Part shown: in pieces, positions 61,440 to 64,000 of the stretch
Position numbering within the stretch: position 1 is the stretch's first letter
How the letters are laid out: each line of letters starts with the position of its first letter
Source of the DNA: Carcharhinus amblyrhynchos
Taxonomy: Eukaryota
Direction of reading: 5' to 3'
NCBI GenBank assembly: GCA_965287045.1
Contig: OZ336878.1
Location: 34,906,001 to 34,970,000 of the forward strand
Length of the DNA: 64,000 nucleotides
Notes under the pieces: generated by a model
Seen by the model: the letters and a program-made list of their open reading frames with translations, nothing else
Told to the model about the DNA's origin: nothing
The model's database searches: none
Made by a program: the position numbers and the translations under genes

Positions 61440-64000
61440 CTGTAAACTGGATAAATCTACTAATGGGTGAAATTTCAGAAGATCAGTGGGAGGTGTTTAA
61501 GAAGAATCCAATATGACGCAGAACCAGTTTATATCCCGAAGGGACAGGAGCTCTACTTAATCACACACAATGAAAGGGAAATGACAACACAAAACTAAAA
61601 GGAAAATGCAAAAAAAGCACAAATTCTGGGAATGGGAGAGATACAAATGTTATCAAAGGATGACAAACAGATTCTAAGAGCTACAGAAAAGGGAGTATGA
61701 CAAAAGAATTTTAAGGAATATCAAATTCAACATAAAGAATTATAATTTACAATTACATTGGGAAAAAGTGAAGTGCAATGTGGGCCTCTTGAAAACTGCC
61801 AACACTGATATTGCCATAATGAAATGGTGGACATGGCAAATAATTACTTTGTATCAGTACTTACAGTGGTGAACAGCTTTCTAGACATCCCAATAATGAA
61901 CCAGTAATGTTTCATTAATGTTAAAATTAATGTAAGCAAACAGGAAAATAATGGGATTAAAGAGTGACAAATACCCAGAACCAGATGGTTTCCCTTCCAG
62001 GATTTTAGAGGAATTGGAATTGCCAATTCCATAACAATAAGCTTCAAATGTTTTTACAATTTGGGAACTGTTCCCGTAGATCGGAAAAATGCACACATCA
62101 CTTAGGCATTTGAAAAAGTTAACAGAGGAAAAAGAGAATTATACAGCAGTTAGCCTAACATCTTTTGTCAGGAAATTTCGGGTAGTGCCAGGGAACCAGA
62201 GAATGCATAGGATCCCTATAGTGCAGAAGGAGGCCATTTGGCCCATTGAGTCTATGCCGATTCTCTGAAAGAGCACCTTAGCCAGGCATAAAGCACACGG
62301 GATTGAGGGTAATGCACTGATATGGATAGAGAATTAATTAAAGGACGGAAAACAGAGAGTAGGAATAAAACGGGCATTTTCAGTTTGCAGGCTGTGACTA
62401 GAGGGGTACTGCAAGGATCAGTTATTCACCATCTATATCAGTGACTTGGATGTGGGGACCAAATGTAACATGTCCAAATTCGCGGATGATACAAAACTAG
62501 GTAGGAATGTGAGTTGTGATGAAGATGCAAAGAGGCGTTAGGGAATTTAGACAGGCTAAGTGAGAGGGCAAGAACATGGCTGATGGAATATAATATGGAA
62601 AATTGTGAAGTTATCCACTTTGATATGAGAAACAGAAATGCAGAATATGTCTTAAATGGTGAAAGATTGGGAAATGTTTATGTCCAAAGAGATTTGGGTG
62701 TTCTTGGTCATAAATCATTGAAAACTGGCATGCAGGTTCAGCAGGCAATTGGGAGGGCAACTGGTATGTTGGTTTTTATTGCAAGAGGATATATCCCAGG
62801 AGGAAAAAACTCTTGCTGCAATTCTACAGAGATTTGGTGAGATCACACCTGAGGCATTGCGTAAAGTTTTGGCCTCCTTATCTAAGGAAGGATATAAATG
62901 GCATAGACAGAATGCAGCAATGATTCACCAGACTGATCCCTGGGGTTGGGTGATTGTCATATAAGGAGAGATCAAAGTGATTGGGCCTACACTTTGGTAG
63001 GAAGAATGGTAGGAAGGACTATTACTTACGTGGCGAAAAACTGCAGCAGGCGACGGTGCAGAGGGAACTCGGGGTCCTTGTGCATGAGTCGCAAAAACCC
63101 AGCTTGCAGGTGCAGCAGGTGGTCAGGAAGGCGAATGGGATGCTGGCCTTCATAGCGAGGGGGATTGAATATAAAAGTAGGGAGGTCTTGCTGCAGCTGT
63201 ATAGGGCATTGGTGAGGCCGCAGCTGGAGTACTGTGTGCAGTTTTGGGCGCCGCACCTGCGCAAGGATATTTTAGCCCTGGAGGGAGTGCAGAGGAGGTT
63301 TACTAGGCTGATACCGGAGTTGAGGGGATTGAGCTATGAGGAGAGGCTGAATAAACTAGGCTTGTACTCGTTAGAGTTTAGAAGAATGAGGGGAGATCTC
63401 ATTGAGACGTATAAGATGATGAATGGGATGGATAGGATAGAGATGGAGAGACTCTTCCCGCTCAAAAAAGACAGTAGGACTAGGGGGCACAGCCTCAAGA
63501 TAAAGGGGAGGCGGTTTAGAACGGAGTTGAGGAGGAACTTCTTCACTCAAAGGGTGGTGAATCTCTGGAATTCTCTGCCCGTTGAAGTGGTGGAGGCTGC
63601 CTCGCTAAATATTTTTAAGAAGCGGGTTGATGGGTTCTTGATAAGAGAGGGGATTAAGGGTTATGGGGAGAGGGCGGGAAAGTGGAACTGAGCCACAACA
63701 GATCAGCCATGATCTTATTGAATGGCGGGGCAGGCTCGAAGGGCTAGATGGCCTACTCCTGCTCCTATTTCTTATGTTCTTACATGCTCTAGGGTTCAGA
63801 TGAATGAGAAGTGATCACATTGAAGCAAGGCTTGACAAGGTAGCTGCAGGAAGGATGATTCCCCTGGCTGCAGGGTCTGGAAACAGGGTCACAGTATCAG
63901 GATAAGGGGCAGGCCATTTAGGACTGAGACAAGGAGGAATCGCTTCATTCAGAAGGTGGTGAATCTTCGGAATTTTTGACCCCAAAGGACTGTTGAGGCT
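61440..64000 (+). mobile_element. Old CR1 LINE ORF2, decayed, with nested HE1 tail (62206-62285) and nested young CR1
   Basis: DKYPEPDG.P, NYTAVSLTS, GVLQGS, SKFADDTKLG, CEVIHF, RDLGV motifs with many stops. Confidence 0.85.
62992..63783 (+). mobile_element. Young 5'-truncated CR1 (subfamily B, second copy)
   Basis: Open ORF2 C-terminus ~230 aa, highly similar to 19250-19995; host CR1 LGLY..FR.MR resumes after the insert. Confidence 0.95.

Overview
Repeat-dense, AT-rich vertebrate genomic DNA, almost certainly from a shark or other elasmobranch (inferred from HE1/V-SINEs with HER1/CR1 partner tails, DeuSINEs, Rex1/Babar and Penelope-type repeats). I see no intact host protein-coding gene. 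The long ORFs are 5'-truncated CR1 LINE reverse transcriptase fragments, and most short ORFs in the track are chance or antisense readings of repeats. The window looks intronic or intergenic. Most notable: (1) a ~220-bp element with a U2 snRNA-derived head followed by two covarying hairpins (31325-31540, minus strand); (2) a very young Penelope-type insertion forming a perfect 96-bp-arm palindrome with a minimal hammerhead ribozyme and a 12-bp TSD (53958-54193), plus further hammerhead motifs; (3) an intronless, disabled MROH (Maestro HEAT-repeat)-like sequence (~60600-61370); (4) V-SINEs whose CR1 tail is replaced by a Rex1-like tail; (5) a faint ERV gag-pro remnant. Boundaries of old repeats are approximate (tens of bp). 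Family names and protein comparisons are from memory, not database searches.
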